Source: Felis catus
Lineage: Eukaryota
Length of the DNA: 64,000 bases
Assembly (NCBI RefSeq): GCF_018350175.1
Contig: NC_058368.1
Location: 88,972,001-89,036,000, forward strand
Reading direction: 5' to 3'
The notes below the pieces were generated by a model. That model was not told the DNA's origin. It did no database searches and worked only from the letters and a program-made list of their open reading frames with translations. Made by a program: the position numbers and the translations under genes. Positions 52,287 through 64,000 of the stretch are shown piece by piece (the first letter of the stretch is position 1; the number at the start of each line of letters is the position of its first letter).

Positions 52287-52639
52287 AGAATCATAGTTCT
52301 TAATGGATAGCAGCCCTGCACACATGAACCACACCTGAAGATGACCAGAAGAGGAACAGGACCAGGGATCCCTGAAAGTTCTCCTTGCTTCAGGAGAAAC
52401 CTGAGAAATCAGTCTGTATCTTTAAGACTGGCATCTCCTCTGCAATCTCTCCCAGAGGGCTGCCACTGCTCATGCTACCAGCCCAGGCAGATTGTGTGCT
52501 GCTTGCCAGGACGTCCAGTACCATCCACCACTCTGGGGCCTGAGGGAGGAGGCCAGAGTACAAAGGAACCTGAGAAGACATTCTTGGAGGAAGGCAGTAA
52601 AGGATATAAAAGGAACAGTCTAGTATTAGGTGATAGTTA

Positions 52640-52830
52640 ACAGCACAGGCCCCAGTCAAACCCACCACTCCATCCTGACCAGGTGGGTGATTTGGGGCAA
52701 GGGAATCTCTATGTGCCCATTTCGTCACCTCTAAAACAGGAGCAGTTCTTACCACCCACAATTGCTTTGAGGATTAAATGAGTTGATATTAATCACAGAG
52801 TGCTCAGAACAAGCCACCTGGTGAATAACT
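52640..52830 (+). mobile_element. MIR relic
   Basis: TTTCGTCACCTCTAAAACAGG...TGAGGATTAAATGAGTTGATA...AGTGCTCAGAACA resembles the MIR core. Confidence 0.65.
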
Positions 52831-53821
52831 GTGTAATACATTTAGTGCTAAGAACATGGAGTTTGGCAGCCAATGCATTGTGTCAGAAAGGATCCGGTGC
52901 TGCACTCTTTTCCTATCTGCAAATCACGGATAATGAGCATCTCCCTCCCAAAACAGAGTTAAGTAATCCATCTAGGAGCACATGGGAAGACAAAACTAGT
53001 TCTACAAACATCTGAAAGTTTAAAATGAATGTCTGACCCTGGTTCCCATAGCACACTCCACATTCCTAAGCCCAGGAAAAAGGAGGCCAGAGTTGCTTCC
53101 TTTGTGCCCAGGTGACCCCATTCACTCCACAGCTCACATGTGTAAAACTCCAGAATGGTATCTGTCAGCAAAGTCACCTACTCAGGGTTTTAAATCCACT
53201 AATGAATCATTAAAAAAAGTAAAAATAGTGAAGAACAGAAACTCTCAATGTATTACACATAAGTTTTAGGAAATGTTTATCAGTTACATGTATGTTGTAG
53301 GTGGCAGTAAAAGGCATTCTCACTGGGATCATGGTCAGGACTCTGAGTGCCACTGCCAGAGCTTACCTGGTTATCAGCTCTGCATCCAGAGCTCAGGGCC
53401 AGGGCCAGGAGGATGCCCAGGAAATGCATGACCACCAGGGGGCACCCAGCACACAGCACCCACTCTGTCAGGGACTGCCAGGGTTCTCAGGCCAGGCTTT
53501 CAGGCTGACAGCAAGCTCAAACCCACCAAAGGTTCACAGCCCAACTCCAGAGATTAGCAGCAAGGGAACTGTAGCCTCAGACCCTCTCCACCTCCATGCC
53601 TGGCCTTTCTTTCACACCCGACCCTCCCAGCTGTCATCTTCCGGTCATCTGCTTTCCTTCCTTTAGCTGATCCATTTCCTCTTGCCCAACCAGCCCTTTC
53701 CCTCAGTCCCTATTCTCCCTTCTTTTTCCTCCTTCCTTTTTCCCTTCTTTTTCCTCCTTCCTCTAGCCATCACCTCTCCACCCCCTCCTCCTGTGCTAGG
53801 ACACAAACACATACACACAGT

Positions 53822-53845
53822 TTTTCGGACAATTTAGCCTTTATT
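53822..53845 (-). terminator. MGAT1: MGAT1 polyadenylation signal and probable cleavage region
   Basis: AATAAA on the minus strand at 53845-53840, with a GT-rich downstream element at ~53800-53820. Confidence 0.75.
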
Positions 53846-54976
53846 TTTGAAAATAATTCTGTAGCTTCAACTTTCTTCCATGAACCGAGGTCAGGCCAGA
53901 AGCAAAAACACACACATTGCTCTCCAACTTGCCATCCTCATCCTAATCTGAGCAGATAAGGATATGCCCCGGAGAGCGGAGGGAGGCAGGAGCCATCCTG
54001 TCTTGGCTGTTCTACCTCACCCTGGGAAGGCCACCAGAAACCACAATCTTTAGGGAGGAGCCTGTGCACCAAACCCCAGGGGAAAAGGGACACAAGGAGC
54101 TAATCTCTCTTCCACAAAGCCAGCATGAAACCTCCTAGAGCAAAAGGGAAGGGATCAATTTTTAGAAAGGTCAGGATCCAGGAACAGAGTCTATTTCTTT
54201 GAGGCAGGATGAGGGAGGTATGTCCCAGCACACCAAGGCTTTCCCCCTACCACCTTTCCCCCAACTTCTGCAGACAAACTGAGGAGACGTCTTGCTTTCC
54301 CCCTTCAACTTCTCATCTTAGAATCACAAATTGTTAAGCTGCAAGGAAAGAAGAGCAGAAAGGAGGTCAGGGATAAGGAGAAGAGTAGAAGAGAAATAAG
54401 AGTAGGTGGCAGTAAACCCTGAAAGCCTAACAGCTCCACCCAGACTCTGATGATGAAACCCCTTTGGTTAGTTTCATTTTGGCCACAGATAAGTCCCCTT
54501 TTCAAATAACCCAGCAACCCCTCAAATTGGGGGAAGGTAGGGGTGGGGAGCAGGTATAGGAGGTGAGCTCACACCCTGGCTCGAAGAGCCGGGACAGGGG
54601 AAAGAGAGCTGGTCAAGAGAACTAAAGTTGCTCACCTCTCCGCAGATGCTCTAGGAGAAAACCTGGAACATGGAAGTCTATGGCTCCAACATGCCCAAGT
54701 CTCTCCCCTACCACACAGTGGTTTCTTGCTTAATACTGCTCAACATATCCCAGGAAGTTTCCCCTGATGTGACCCCCCCCCTTGAGAATGGGAGAATAAC
54801 CCTCACCTTATCCTCTGTGCTTCTGAATGCCACTCGAAAAAAGAAGAAAAAAAGAAAAAAAAAGATAAATGTACCCAAGAGAGACACACAGAGAGGGCGA
54901 TGCAGCCCAAGGACACGGTCCCATCTCATCCCATGATATGGCAAGGAAGGAGCCCAGGAGGAACAGACAGGCACCG

Positions 54977-56320
54977 CTAATTCCAGCTAGGATCATAGCC
55001 ATCCCAGGTCTGTGGGGGAGCCAGGTGGACACGGCGGCCCCGGAATAGGAAGCTGACAATGCCCCGGTAGCCGGCCCTGGGAACACCAGACTTGAGGTCA
55101 TCCATGACGCCCAGGGCTTTGGCAAAGGCCTTGAAGCTGTCCCTGCCTGTGTACTGCACCCGCACCTCCCCCAGCTCGTTCTGCTCACTGGTCCTCACTT
55201 TCTCCACCTGCAGCAGGGGAGCCCCATAGACACGGGCAAGGAAATCTCGGTCATAGGTCTCCTGTCGCAGATATGAGAGATCCAGCTGGGTGAAGGGCAC
55301 GAAGTGCTGGTTCAGCTTGATGAACTTGAGGTGCTGGTCAAAGAACTGCCCGTGGCTTACACCCTTGCGGCCAAAGGTCATCGTTCTGGAGATTTCAGGT
55401 CGCACACAGGCCCGGCCCTGCCGCTGCTCAGGCCTGCGCATCCAATCATCCCAGAAGGCCCTGGGCCACTTGGGCTCCAGCTCAGCCCAGAGCTCAGCCA
55501 ACAGCAGCCAGCCCAGGCCAGGAAAGAAGTCTGTGCGGTAGAGCAGCTCTGGCTTGCTCGAGTCCACCATCTGCTCCTTGCCATTGTCATTCCAGGCAGA
55601 CACACACCAAAGGGAGGGGTCGGCCTTCAGCAGCGGGTAGGTGGCCTGGAAGTACTCGAAGAAGTCTGGCGCCACCTCCAGGTCATCCTCCACCACCACA
55701 GCTGCTGAGAACTTGAACCTATGGAAGACCTGGCCCAGTGCCCAGCGGTAGTGCCGTGCAATCTTATAGTAGCCCTGGAACTTGCGGTGGTCTGGGGGCA
55801 CCGCAATGTTGCTCAGGTCCGGCTGCCGGATATGCGTGACAGCACTGCCATAGGAGGCGATGACCTGGGCGGTCTCCTCGTGCCCGCAGTCCTGGCTGAC
55901 GATTATGGGGAAGTGCTCAGCCGAGGGCCGGTAGTGCAGCAGCTTGTCCAGGCAGCGCCGGACAGTGCTGCGGTCACAGGCAATGACCAAGATGGGGATC
56001 ACGGCTGGTGGTGAGGACACAGGCACACGCGGTGGGATGGGTGGGGCAGCAGTGGGCACCCTCCACCTCTGGCTCCACCGAGCATGATGCTCCCTGATCT
56101 GCTGCAGCAGCCCCCTCTGCCTTTCCAACTCCACCTGCGCGTCCTCGGCCAGGCGGATCACCTCGCGGGTGAGGCTGGCGGGATCATCATCCAGAGAACT
56201 GTCAGAGGGCAGCCTGCCAGGCGCTGGGCGTGTCCAGAAGAAAAGCAGCAGCAGGGCATTCCAGGCCACAAAGAGGATGGCGCCCCACAGCACAAGCCCT
56301 GCAGACTGCTTCTTCAGCAT
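54977..56320 (-). CDS. MGAT1: Alpha-1,3-mannosyl-glycoprotein 2-beta-N-acetylglucosaminyltransferase (GnT-I), 447 aa, intact, single coding exon
   Basis: MLKKQSAGLVLWGAILFVAWNALLLLFFW type II membrane anchor; IPILVIACDR, SQDCG, YYKIARHYRWAL, VVEDDLE (DxD-type motif), FFPGLGW; C-terminus WDGYDPSWN. ATG at 56320 (the ORF track starts 27 nt earlier at a CTG). Confidence 0.99.
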   Translation of the reverse strand: MLKKQSAGLVLWGAILFVAWNALLLLFFWTRPAPGRLPSDSSLDDDPASLTREVIRLAEDAQVELERQRGLLQQIREHHARWSQRWRVPTAAPPIPPRVPVSSPPAVIPILVIACDRSTVRRCLDKLLHYRPSAEHFPIIVSQDCGHEETAQVIASYGSAVTHIRQPDLSNIAVPPDHRKFQGYYKIARHYRWALGQVFHRFKFSAAVVVEDDLEVAPDFFEYFQATYPLLKADPSLWCVSAWNDNGKEQMVDSSKPELLYRTDFFPGLGWLLLAELWAELEPKWPRAFWDDWMRRPEQRQGRACVRPEISRTMTFGRKGVSHGQFFDQHLKFIKLNQHFVPFTQLDLSYLRQETYDRDFLARVYGAPLLQVEKVRTSEQNELGEVRVQYTGRDSFKAFAKALGVMDDLKSGVPRAGYRGIVSFLFRGRRVHLAPPQTWDGYDPSWN

Positions 56321-56443
56321 CCTGGCCCCCGAGGGGGTGGCAGGCAAGGGTGGGGCTCAAGGCTGCCCTTGGCTTGCCTAGTTCACTTCCACAGCTCTAG
56401 GGATGCTTTCTCTGGACCTCAGGATTAGGAAGCAGCCATGCAC

Positions 56444-56460
56444 CTGAGAAGACAGAGAAA
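56444..56460 (-). promoter_or_regulatory. MGAT1: Splice acceptor of the MGAT1 coding exon (exon starts at 56443)
   Basis: TTTCTCTGTCTTCTCAG|GTG, 123 nt upstream of the ATG. The upstream non-coding exon was not identified in this window. Confidence 0.8.
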
Positions 56461-57523
56461 ACCAATCTTCATCACAAAAGCATGGGGCTGTCCTAGGGGG
56501 AGGAATGCAGGATGGGAGAGGAGGGAGCCCAGGAGGTGGACTCCAGAGCTCTCTTAGAAAAGAACAGCCCATCTCCTAATCTGGGATGAATGGGGCAGGA
56601 CAACATACTCTCCTCACTCCAAAAGGAGTCCATGTGTCCTCAGAAAAGCAATGTGGTTTGAAGGGAAAGTAGAAAGTGATGTTGTAAAGGAGGAAGCAAG
56701 GGAACCCCACTCTCCCTTCCATACCTGACAGATTTCATTTCCATCTTCCATCCAGAGTTTAGGGGCAGGGGTGGAGGGGAGACCATCTGACTCTCATTCC
56801 TCAAATCAAACTGCTCAAAGATTATTGATTTAAAAACTCTAATATCACACCTCTGGGCTAAAATCAACACCCTACCTAAAAAGGAAGCACTAGAGACATT
56901 CCTACAAAGGTCAGGGGCAAACTAAGCTGCCCACCATGTATATGACTAACATTCTGCTAGAGGGATCAGCCAATGTGAATGGGCTACAGAAGAAAAAAGC
57001 AGAAGTGGAAAAAGAAACATGACTATCTCTATTTATTGATACTGTAAGAATATGCCTGGAAAACTGTAGAGAATTAATGATAAAACCACCCCAAACAACT
57101 GAAGAACTGAGCAAAGTAGCAGGATATAAACATTAACATGTAAAAATAGGCTTCAGATAAACAAAAAATAACTCATTAGAAGAAACAATGGATGAGAAAA
57201 TCCTATTTACCCTAGCCATGAAAATGATAAATTAAGAATAAACTTAAGAAATATTCAAAACCTACATGAACAAGATGATAGGTCCTGAAAGACACAAGAG
57301 GACTTAATATCCCTTGTTCTTAGTTATGACACCTCAACATCATCAAAATCTGAATAAAAATCAATTTTCTGGGAGCTAGACAAAATGACACTAAAGTCCA
57401 TGTGAAAAAAATAAACATACAAGATCTAGAAAAATAATGAAAATGAGGCGTGAAAGAGGGACTAGCCCTACCAGTCATTAAAATACTACATATTACACAG
57501 CTTCTATAATTAAAACTATGTGA

Positions 57524-58925
57524 AAAATAAACTCAAAATGGATAAATGACCTGAATGTGAGACAGGAAACCATCAAAACCCTAGAGGAGAAAACAGGAAA
57601 AGACCTCTCTGACCTCAGCCGTACCATCCCCAAAGGCAAGAAAATTAAAAGCAAAAATGAACTGTTGGGACCTCATGAAGATAAAAACCTTCTGCACAGC
57701 AAAGGAAACAATCAGCAAAACTAAAAGGCAACCAACGGAATGGGAAAAGATATTTGCAAACGACATATCGGACAAAGGGCTAGTATCCAAAATCTATAAA
57801 GAGCTCACCAAACTCCACACCCAAAAAACAAATAACCCAGTGAAGAAATGGGCAGAAAACATGAATAGACACTTCTCTAAAGAAGACATTCGGAAGGCCA
57901 ACAGGCACATGAAAAGATGCTCAACGTCGCTCCTCATCAGGGAAATACAAATCAAAACCACACTCAGATATCACCTCACGCCCGTCAGAGTGGCCAAAAT
58001 TAACAAATCAGGAGACTATAGATGCTGGCAAGGATGTGGAGAAACAGGAACCCTCTTGCACTGTTGGTGGGAATGCAAACTGGTGCAGCCACTCTGGAAA
58101 ACAGTGTGGAGGTTCCTCAAAAAATTAAAAATAGACCTACCCTATGACCCAGCAGTAGCACTGCTAGGAATTTACCCAAGGGATACAGGAGTACTGATGC
58201 ATAGGGGCACTTGTACCCCAATGTTTATAGCAGCACTCTCAACAATAGCCAAATTATGGAAAGAGCCTAAATGTTCATCAACTGATGGATAAAGAAATTG
58301 TGGTTTATATACACAATGGAGTACTATGTGGCAATGAGAAAGAATGAAATATGGCCCTTTGTAGCAACGTGGACGGAACTGGACAGTTTGATGCTAAGTG
58401 AAATAAGCCATACAGAGAAAGAGAGATACCATATGTTTTCACTCTTATGTGGATCCTGAGAAACTTAACAGGAACCCATAGGGGAGGGGAAGAAAAAAAA
58501 AAAAAAGAGAGAGAGAGAGAGGTTAGAGTGGGAGACAGCCAAAGCATAAGAGACTCTTAAAAACTGAGAACAGGGGCGCCTGGGTGGCTCAGTCGGTTAA
58601 GCGGCCGACTTCGGCTCAGGTCATGATCTCACAGTCTGTGAGTTCGAGCCCTGCGTCGGGCTCTGTGCTGCCAGCTCAGAGCCTGGAGCCTGTTTTGGAT
58701 TCTGTGTCTCCCTCTCTCTGACCCTCCCCCATTCATGCTCTGTCTCTCTCTGTCTCAAAAATAAATAAACGTTAAAAAAAATAAACTGAGGGCTGATGGA
58801 GGGTGGGAGGAAGGGGAGGGTGGGTGATGGGTATTGAAGAGGACATCTTTTGGGATGAGCACTGGGTGTTGTATGGAAACCAATTTGACAATAAATTTCA
58901 TATATTTAAAAATAAATAAATAAAT
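57524..58925 (+). mobile_element. Young 5'-truncated felid L1 3' end
   Basis: 211-aa ORF2 C-terminal ORF (57657-58292), 3'UTR, (AAAT)n tail and perfect TSD AAAACTATGTGA at 57512 and 58926. Confidence 0.95.
58573..58782 (+). mobile_element. Felid Can-SINE inside L1 3'UTR
   Basis: GGGGCGCCTGGGTGGCTCAGTCGGTTAAGC head with intact CpGs and a typical tail. Confidence 0.95.
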
Positions 58926-59597
58926 AAAACTATGTGATACTAGTAGGTTAATAGATCATCCAAAGGAATACAATTTAAATTACAGAAATAGACCCCAAAA
59001 CATGTAGAAACCTAATATATGATACAGGTGATATTTAAAATTACTAGGGTAAAAAAATATCTTATTAAGAGTGTTATAACAACTATATAGCTATTTGGAA
59101 AAATAAAATTACATCTGTGCAAAAGAATAACTTCCAAGTGGATTAGAGATCTAAATATAAAAAATATAACTATACAAGTGCTAGAAGAAAATACGGGTCA
59201 ATTCCTCTATAAACTGGGTAGGGAGAAAGGTTTTCTAACTATGATTCAAAATCTAGATGCAGTAATAAATAAAACATTTTTGCATGATAAAAACACCATT
59301 AGCCAAGTCAAAAGACAAACTGGGGAAGAATATTTGCAATATACACACAAATATACAAATATCCAAATAAAAAGCCAATACCCTAAGAGACAAAGAACTT
59401 TTACACTGAGGAGGTAAAAAGCCAAAACTCTGTCTTTAGACAAGGGCAACTCACAAAAAGATACTGAAATGGTCCTTACACATATGAAAAGATATTCAAG
59501 CTCACTTATAACAGAAAAATGCAAATTAAACCATATTAAGAATTTCTCACCTATCAGACACAAAAATTCAAACCCTTGTCCTTTTATTAAGACTGTC

Positions 59598-59816
59598 GGG
59601 GCGCCTGGGTGGCACAGTCGGTTAAGCGTCCGACTTCAGCCAGGTCACGATCTCAGGGTCTGTGAGTTCGAGCCCCGCGTCAGGCTCTGGGCTGATGGCT
59701 CGGAGCCTGGAGCCTGTTTCCGATTCTGCGTCTCCCTCTCTCTCTGCCCCTCCCCCATTCATGCTCTGTCTCTCTCTGTCCCAAAAATAAATAAAAACGT
59801 TGGAAAAAAAAAAAAA
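59598..59816 (+). mobile_element. Young SINEC_Fc-type SINE
   Basis: CTTCAGCCAGGTCACGATCTC variant, CpG-rich, TSD AAGACTGTC. Confidence 0.95.
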
Positions 59817-60576
59817 AGACTGTCAACTGAAAGACACAAGTTCTTAATTTTAATGATAATCAGTTATCAGGGGTTTTTATCTTTTATGGATCATGCCATT
59901 GGCATTGTATCTAAGAAATCTTTGCCCAAATCACAAATATCTTTCCTTGTTTTCTTTTTTAGGTTTTATAGTTTTAGGTTTTACATTTAGGTTCATTTTG
60001 AGTTAATTTTTGTATATAGTATGAGGTATGGAACTAATGTCCTTTCAGAGCATTCTGGCAGTTTGTTAAAATGCTAAACAGAAGATAACCATACCACCAA
60101 GTCCACTCTTAGATATATAGTCAAGAGAAATAAAAACACGTGTCCATACAAAAATTATCTGGAATGTTTATGCAGCTTTATTCATAATCGCCAAAAACTG
60201 GGAGAAACACAAAGGCACATCAACAGAGGAATATGGATAAACAAATTGTGGTTTACCTGCAAAATGGAATAATATATAGTAATAAAAAGGAATAAACTAC
60301 TGATACACACAACACATGGATTAATCTCAAAATAACTGTGATATGTGAATGGCCAAAAAAGAGCACATACACTGATTCCACTTATATAAATCTCCAGAAA
60401 ATATAAAATAATCTATAGTAGCAAAAAGCCGATCGATGGTTGCCTAGGCATGGAGACTATGAGGACAGTGAGCGGAGGTATCACAAAGGAACAAGAGGAA
60501 ACTTTGCGGGTATGGATGCAATTTATTCTATGTCAATTATACCTCAATAAAACTTTTTCTTTAAAAAAAAAAGGCA

Positions 60577-60800
60577 GGGGCGCCTGGGTGGCGCAGTCGG
60601 TTAAGCGTCCGACTTCAGCCAGGTCACGATCTCGCGGTCTGTGAGTTCGAGCCCCGCGTCAGGCTCTGGGCTGATGGCTCAGAGCCTGGAGCCTGTTTCC
60701 GATTCTGTGTCTCCCTCTCTCTCTGCCCCTCCCCCGTTAATGCTCTGTCTCTCTCTGTCCCAAAAAAAATAAATAAACATTGAAAAAAAAAATTTTTTTA
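60577..60800 (+). mobile_element. Young SINEC_Fc-type SINE
   Basis: Near-identical to 59598-59816; TSD AAAAAGGCA. Confidence 0.95.
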
Positions 60801-60992
60801 AAAAGGCAATATTGGGTTAAATGACAAAATTGGAATATAGACAATTAAAGTATCAGTGTTGATCAACTGAGAGCCATACTGTGGTTATGGAAAATAATAT
60901 CCCAATTCTTAGGTAAATTAGACTGAAGTAATTAGGAGAGGCAAGAAAGCAACTTCTCAAATGGTTCAGAACACAAATATCATGTATACAGA

Positions 60993-61028
<36 letters not shown>

Positions 61029-62859
61029 TCAAATGCATCAAAATGCTAATAGGTGAATCTGAGTAAAGGGATTAAAAGTGCCCTTATACCATTTTAATTA
61101 TTGCACCTTTTTTGTAAGTTTGAATTTATTTCCAAATAAAGTTTCTTAAAATCGATATGGGGACATGGCCCAAAGTTCTGACTAGCTTTGTCCAATATAG
61201 CCCAAGTTAGGCACATCAGTAGGGGCAACTAAAACAATCCCTTTGTCCTGAACTCCCTAATCATTCAATGACATGCATCACACACCTGCTGTCTGCCAGG
61301 CTCTGGGAAGGGACTGGGACACACATCTTACAAGAAAAAGGCATGGTCCTACCAACCCTCTCACTCTATCAGAACCCACTATTTGGAAGAATCTACCACA
61401 CCCTCCAATTCCCAGGTAGCTGCCATAACAATCCACACAACTCTGTCCCTGGCCTTCCCACTTCTGGTCTATACCCTTCACATCCTAAAGCTTCAGGTAT
61501 GTTCCCTCTTGTGACCTGCTGCTCTGCCAGCTACCCCTTGCCTCACAGCCACCAAAAAATCTGGGCTTCTCTGCTAGTTACCCTTTGCCTCACAGCCACC
61601 AAAATCTCAGATTCCAGATCTCATCTCTGTACTTCTGGGCTCTTGAGCAGGCAGATCCAGTGTTAAAGGACCAAAGTATTGATCCTGAAGGGTCTCTAAA
61701 GGAACCTAGATTCTGTCTCCCTTCTGGGGGGACTACCCCAGTCCCTGCCAGCACCACCACCACATGTTGTCCTCTGAGAAACCATCTACCCCACAACTCC
61801 ATAGCACCAGTCTCCCCAGAAAACTCAGGTCCATTTCTGTTTTACTGTATCATTAAATTCCCATGTTGTCAGTGCTCATATACAAATCAAGGTTTCCTAG
61901 AAGAAGAGAGAGACAACAGATTTCCAGTTTCTTCCTTGCTGCCACAATGTGGTCCATGTTGGAACTTTCCCTCCAATCTTACGGCCAGGATTCCCTATCC
62001 CCCAAATAGGGAGGTATTTCTCCTGCCTCCTAACTGACTGGGCAGGAAAAGTCTTTAGATAAAGGGATGGAGGAAAGAAAAGAGACTGAATTCTATCATC
62101 CGAAATGTTACCTCAAGGCTGGAGGAGCAGAACCATCTCTGACTTATCCATGAGCCACCTCAGACCAGCAAGCTCTCAGACTGGTGGCAAAACCTCAAGG
62201 GACACCATCCTCACAACCCTGCAGATGACAAGTAAAAGCCTTCACTCTTCTCCAGACATTGGGAATTAGGTGGCCCACATCCACTTCCAGAGGCCTCTGC
62301 TCACCTATCCTTCTAAGCCATGCAGATCAAAGCAATTTTCTCAGTCCCTCAGAGGACTGGATTCTTAGCAAATCTGTAAACATTAAGAGTGGCTGGATAG
62401 CCCACAGGAAACCACTGTTCCAGTCCAGTCCAGGCCTCTACCTTAGCCCTCAGGACTTAGTTCGCCAGACTATGACCATTTTTTCTAAATTGTAAAACAG
62501 AACTTGTTCCTCTTTCCATAAGAGAACACAATACCCCTATTCCCAGGCTCCACTGCTTCTCTACACAAACTTACCCAGAGTCCCAGAGCAGTTTCCTACT
62601 GCTTCTCCACATACTCTCCAGGACAGGATCCTCTGCTCTATATGGAAGTTAATGAATGGTGTGTGCATACACAAGCACATGCACTCCCCAGCAGCTGGCT
62701 GTGACTGAGGGGTGATAAAGCACCAAGGGCCAGCCCAGCCTGTAGCCAGCAAGCCCACACACTCATCCAGAAAGTGCTGCTCTCAGTCCTACCATCAGGA
62801 GTAACAAGGGCAAGCCAAACAGCTCATGGCAATGTGTGGTACCACCCCATGTTTTTTCA

Positions 62860-63010
62860 CATCTCTAAAACTCAATCTTCTCACCTCTAATATGGAAATA
62901 ATAATAATAATAAGATAGAAATCAATCACTGGGTTGCCGTAAGGATTGGGTGAGATAATCTGCATCAAGTATTTAGAACAGTGCCCAGTTGTGATATAAA
63001 TGCTAACCAC
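62860..63010 (+). mobile_element. MIR relic
   Basis: CTCAATCTTCTCACCTCTAATATGG...GGGTTGCCGTAAGGATTGGGTGAGATAAT...TAGAACAGTGCC. Confidence 0.65.
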
Positions 63011-63369
63011 TTATTCCTCTGTTCCCTCTCTAGCTGGCTGGCTCTCTTTGCTCCACTCTACTACATCCTTCTGGGCTACAAACACATAAGCCTGCCTCAG
63101 GGCCTTTGCACGTACCTGTATGACTGGTCTGATCTTCCCTCTCTCCTTCACTTGGTGTACTCTGACTCATGTCTCTGCCAGGGAAGGTATCAGACAATAC
63201 GAAGTCTATCTCCCCTTCACAAACACTGACATCAGTGCAATCTCTTGCTCAAGATCTATAAAGTTCCCTCAGCTACAAGCTATTCAGGATGGGACCAGCT
63301 CCCCCACTGCAGCCAAGCAGCTGTGCTAGGATCTTGGACCATCAAGAGATTTGCCGATGACCTAAAAAG

Positions 63370-63690
63370 TGACTTCTGTGTGGATGTCACTCACCCACAA
63401 TTCCTTAACTGCCATTCCCAAGCCCAAAAAGCACCAAAAAATTGAGTTTTCTACACTCATTTGGCAGTAAAACCTTTGGTGAAATCTGATGTGATCTAAT
63501 GTAAGACTATTTATAGCATTTATTTATCTCATTTAGTGAGACTATTTATACATTTTGCCACAGAAACCAAAATGTTGGATTATGGTGTGCTGTTCCACAT
63601 TTTATACTACATCATAAACGTACTAGATCATCTTTTTAAAATCCAAAAAAATCCTGAATTCTGAAACATATCCAGACCAAGCATTTTAGA
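63370..63690 (+). mobile_element. Old DNA transposon relic (MER46/Tigger-like)
   Basis: AAATCCAAAAAAATCCTGAATTCTGAAACATATC..CCAAGCATTT resembles a MER46-type end as recalled. Confidence 0.45.
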
Positions 63691-64000
63691 ATTATGAAAA
63701 TGTAAGAGACAGCTACTCATTCACTGCCATAGTTCCATTTCAAGCCCACAAACCTTTAAATTGAACCCTCTTTCCTTATGAAATACTGCTTTAAGCCTGA
63801 ACTCTTGATATAGTTTCTCAGATAGTTTACCTATCGCTAATCTCACGTCCCTCTAAGCAACCTTCCCAAAAGCAACAGAGCATCCTTCTTAAAGTGCGCA
63901 CCTCGTCACAACACTAACCTGCCTTAAAAACCATCAGAAGCTACCACTGCCCACAGAATAAAACTCAAATTCATTATGACACGCAAGGCCTTCACAGAAA

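Larger units (their letters stand above)
51740..53429 (-). pseudogene. Candidate unannotated secreted/GPI-type gene or pseudogene (exon 53429-53367; exon from 52539)
   Basis: ATG at 53429 gives MHFLGILLALALSSGCRADNQ followed by the donor CAG|GTAAGC. Polypyrimidine acceptor CCTCCTCCCTCAG ends at 52540. A Cys-rich segment with a hydrophobic tail lies at 51926-51740. Family not identified. Confidence 0.45.
57000..60560 (+). mobile_element. Ancient fragmented L1 relics in the MGAT1 intron, hosting younger insertions
   Basis: Degraded ORF2-like sequence (AGCAAAGTAGCAGGATATAAA, GGACTAGCCCTACCAG, TGGATTAGAGATCTAAAT), an inverted piece at ~59820-60030 and an L1 3'-end-like segment at 60060-60555. 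Confidence 0.7.

Noticed and set aside
56321..56347. 9-aa N-terminal extension of MGAT1 in the ORF track
   Set aside because: Starts at CTG; the recognised protein begins at MLKKQ (ATG 56320).
55290..56428. Several plus-strand ORFs overlapping MGAT1
   Set aside because: Expected shadow ORFs of a GC-rich coding exon.
1..64000. CRISPR arrays or prokaryotic systems
   Set aside because: The sequence is mammalian and has no repeat-spacer structure or operon-like gene density.

Overview
Mammalian genomic DNA, felid by its SINEC_Fc-type SINEs, carnivore L1s and cat-like mitochondrial insert. The only clearly intact protein-coding gene is MGAT1 (single coding exon, minus strand, 54977-56320). The first ~26 kb holds a complex tandem repeat with a ~1.0-kb monomer and about 20 copies in three blocks. 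Part of it forms a ~3.0-kb three-monomer higher-order repeat, and two oppositely oriented blocks flank a decayed ZNRF2 retrocopy. A beta-type ERV env and short LTR remnant interrupts the array. About 25.8-41 kb is a nest of L1 elements, including two convergent 3'-truncated L1s and a 3' transduction. A ~1.9-kb NUMT lies at 41.5-43.3 kb. A candidate unannotated signal-peptide/GPI-like gene or pseudogene sits just downstream of the MGAT1 polyA site. Repeat boundaries are approximate and were read by eye; no database searches were run.
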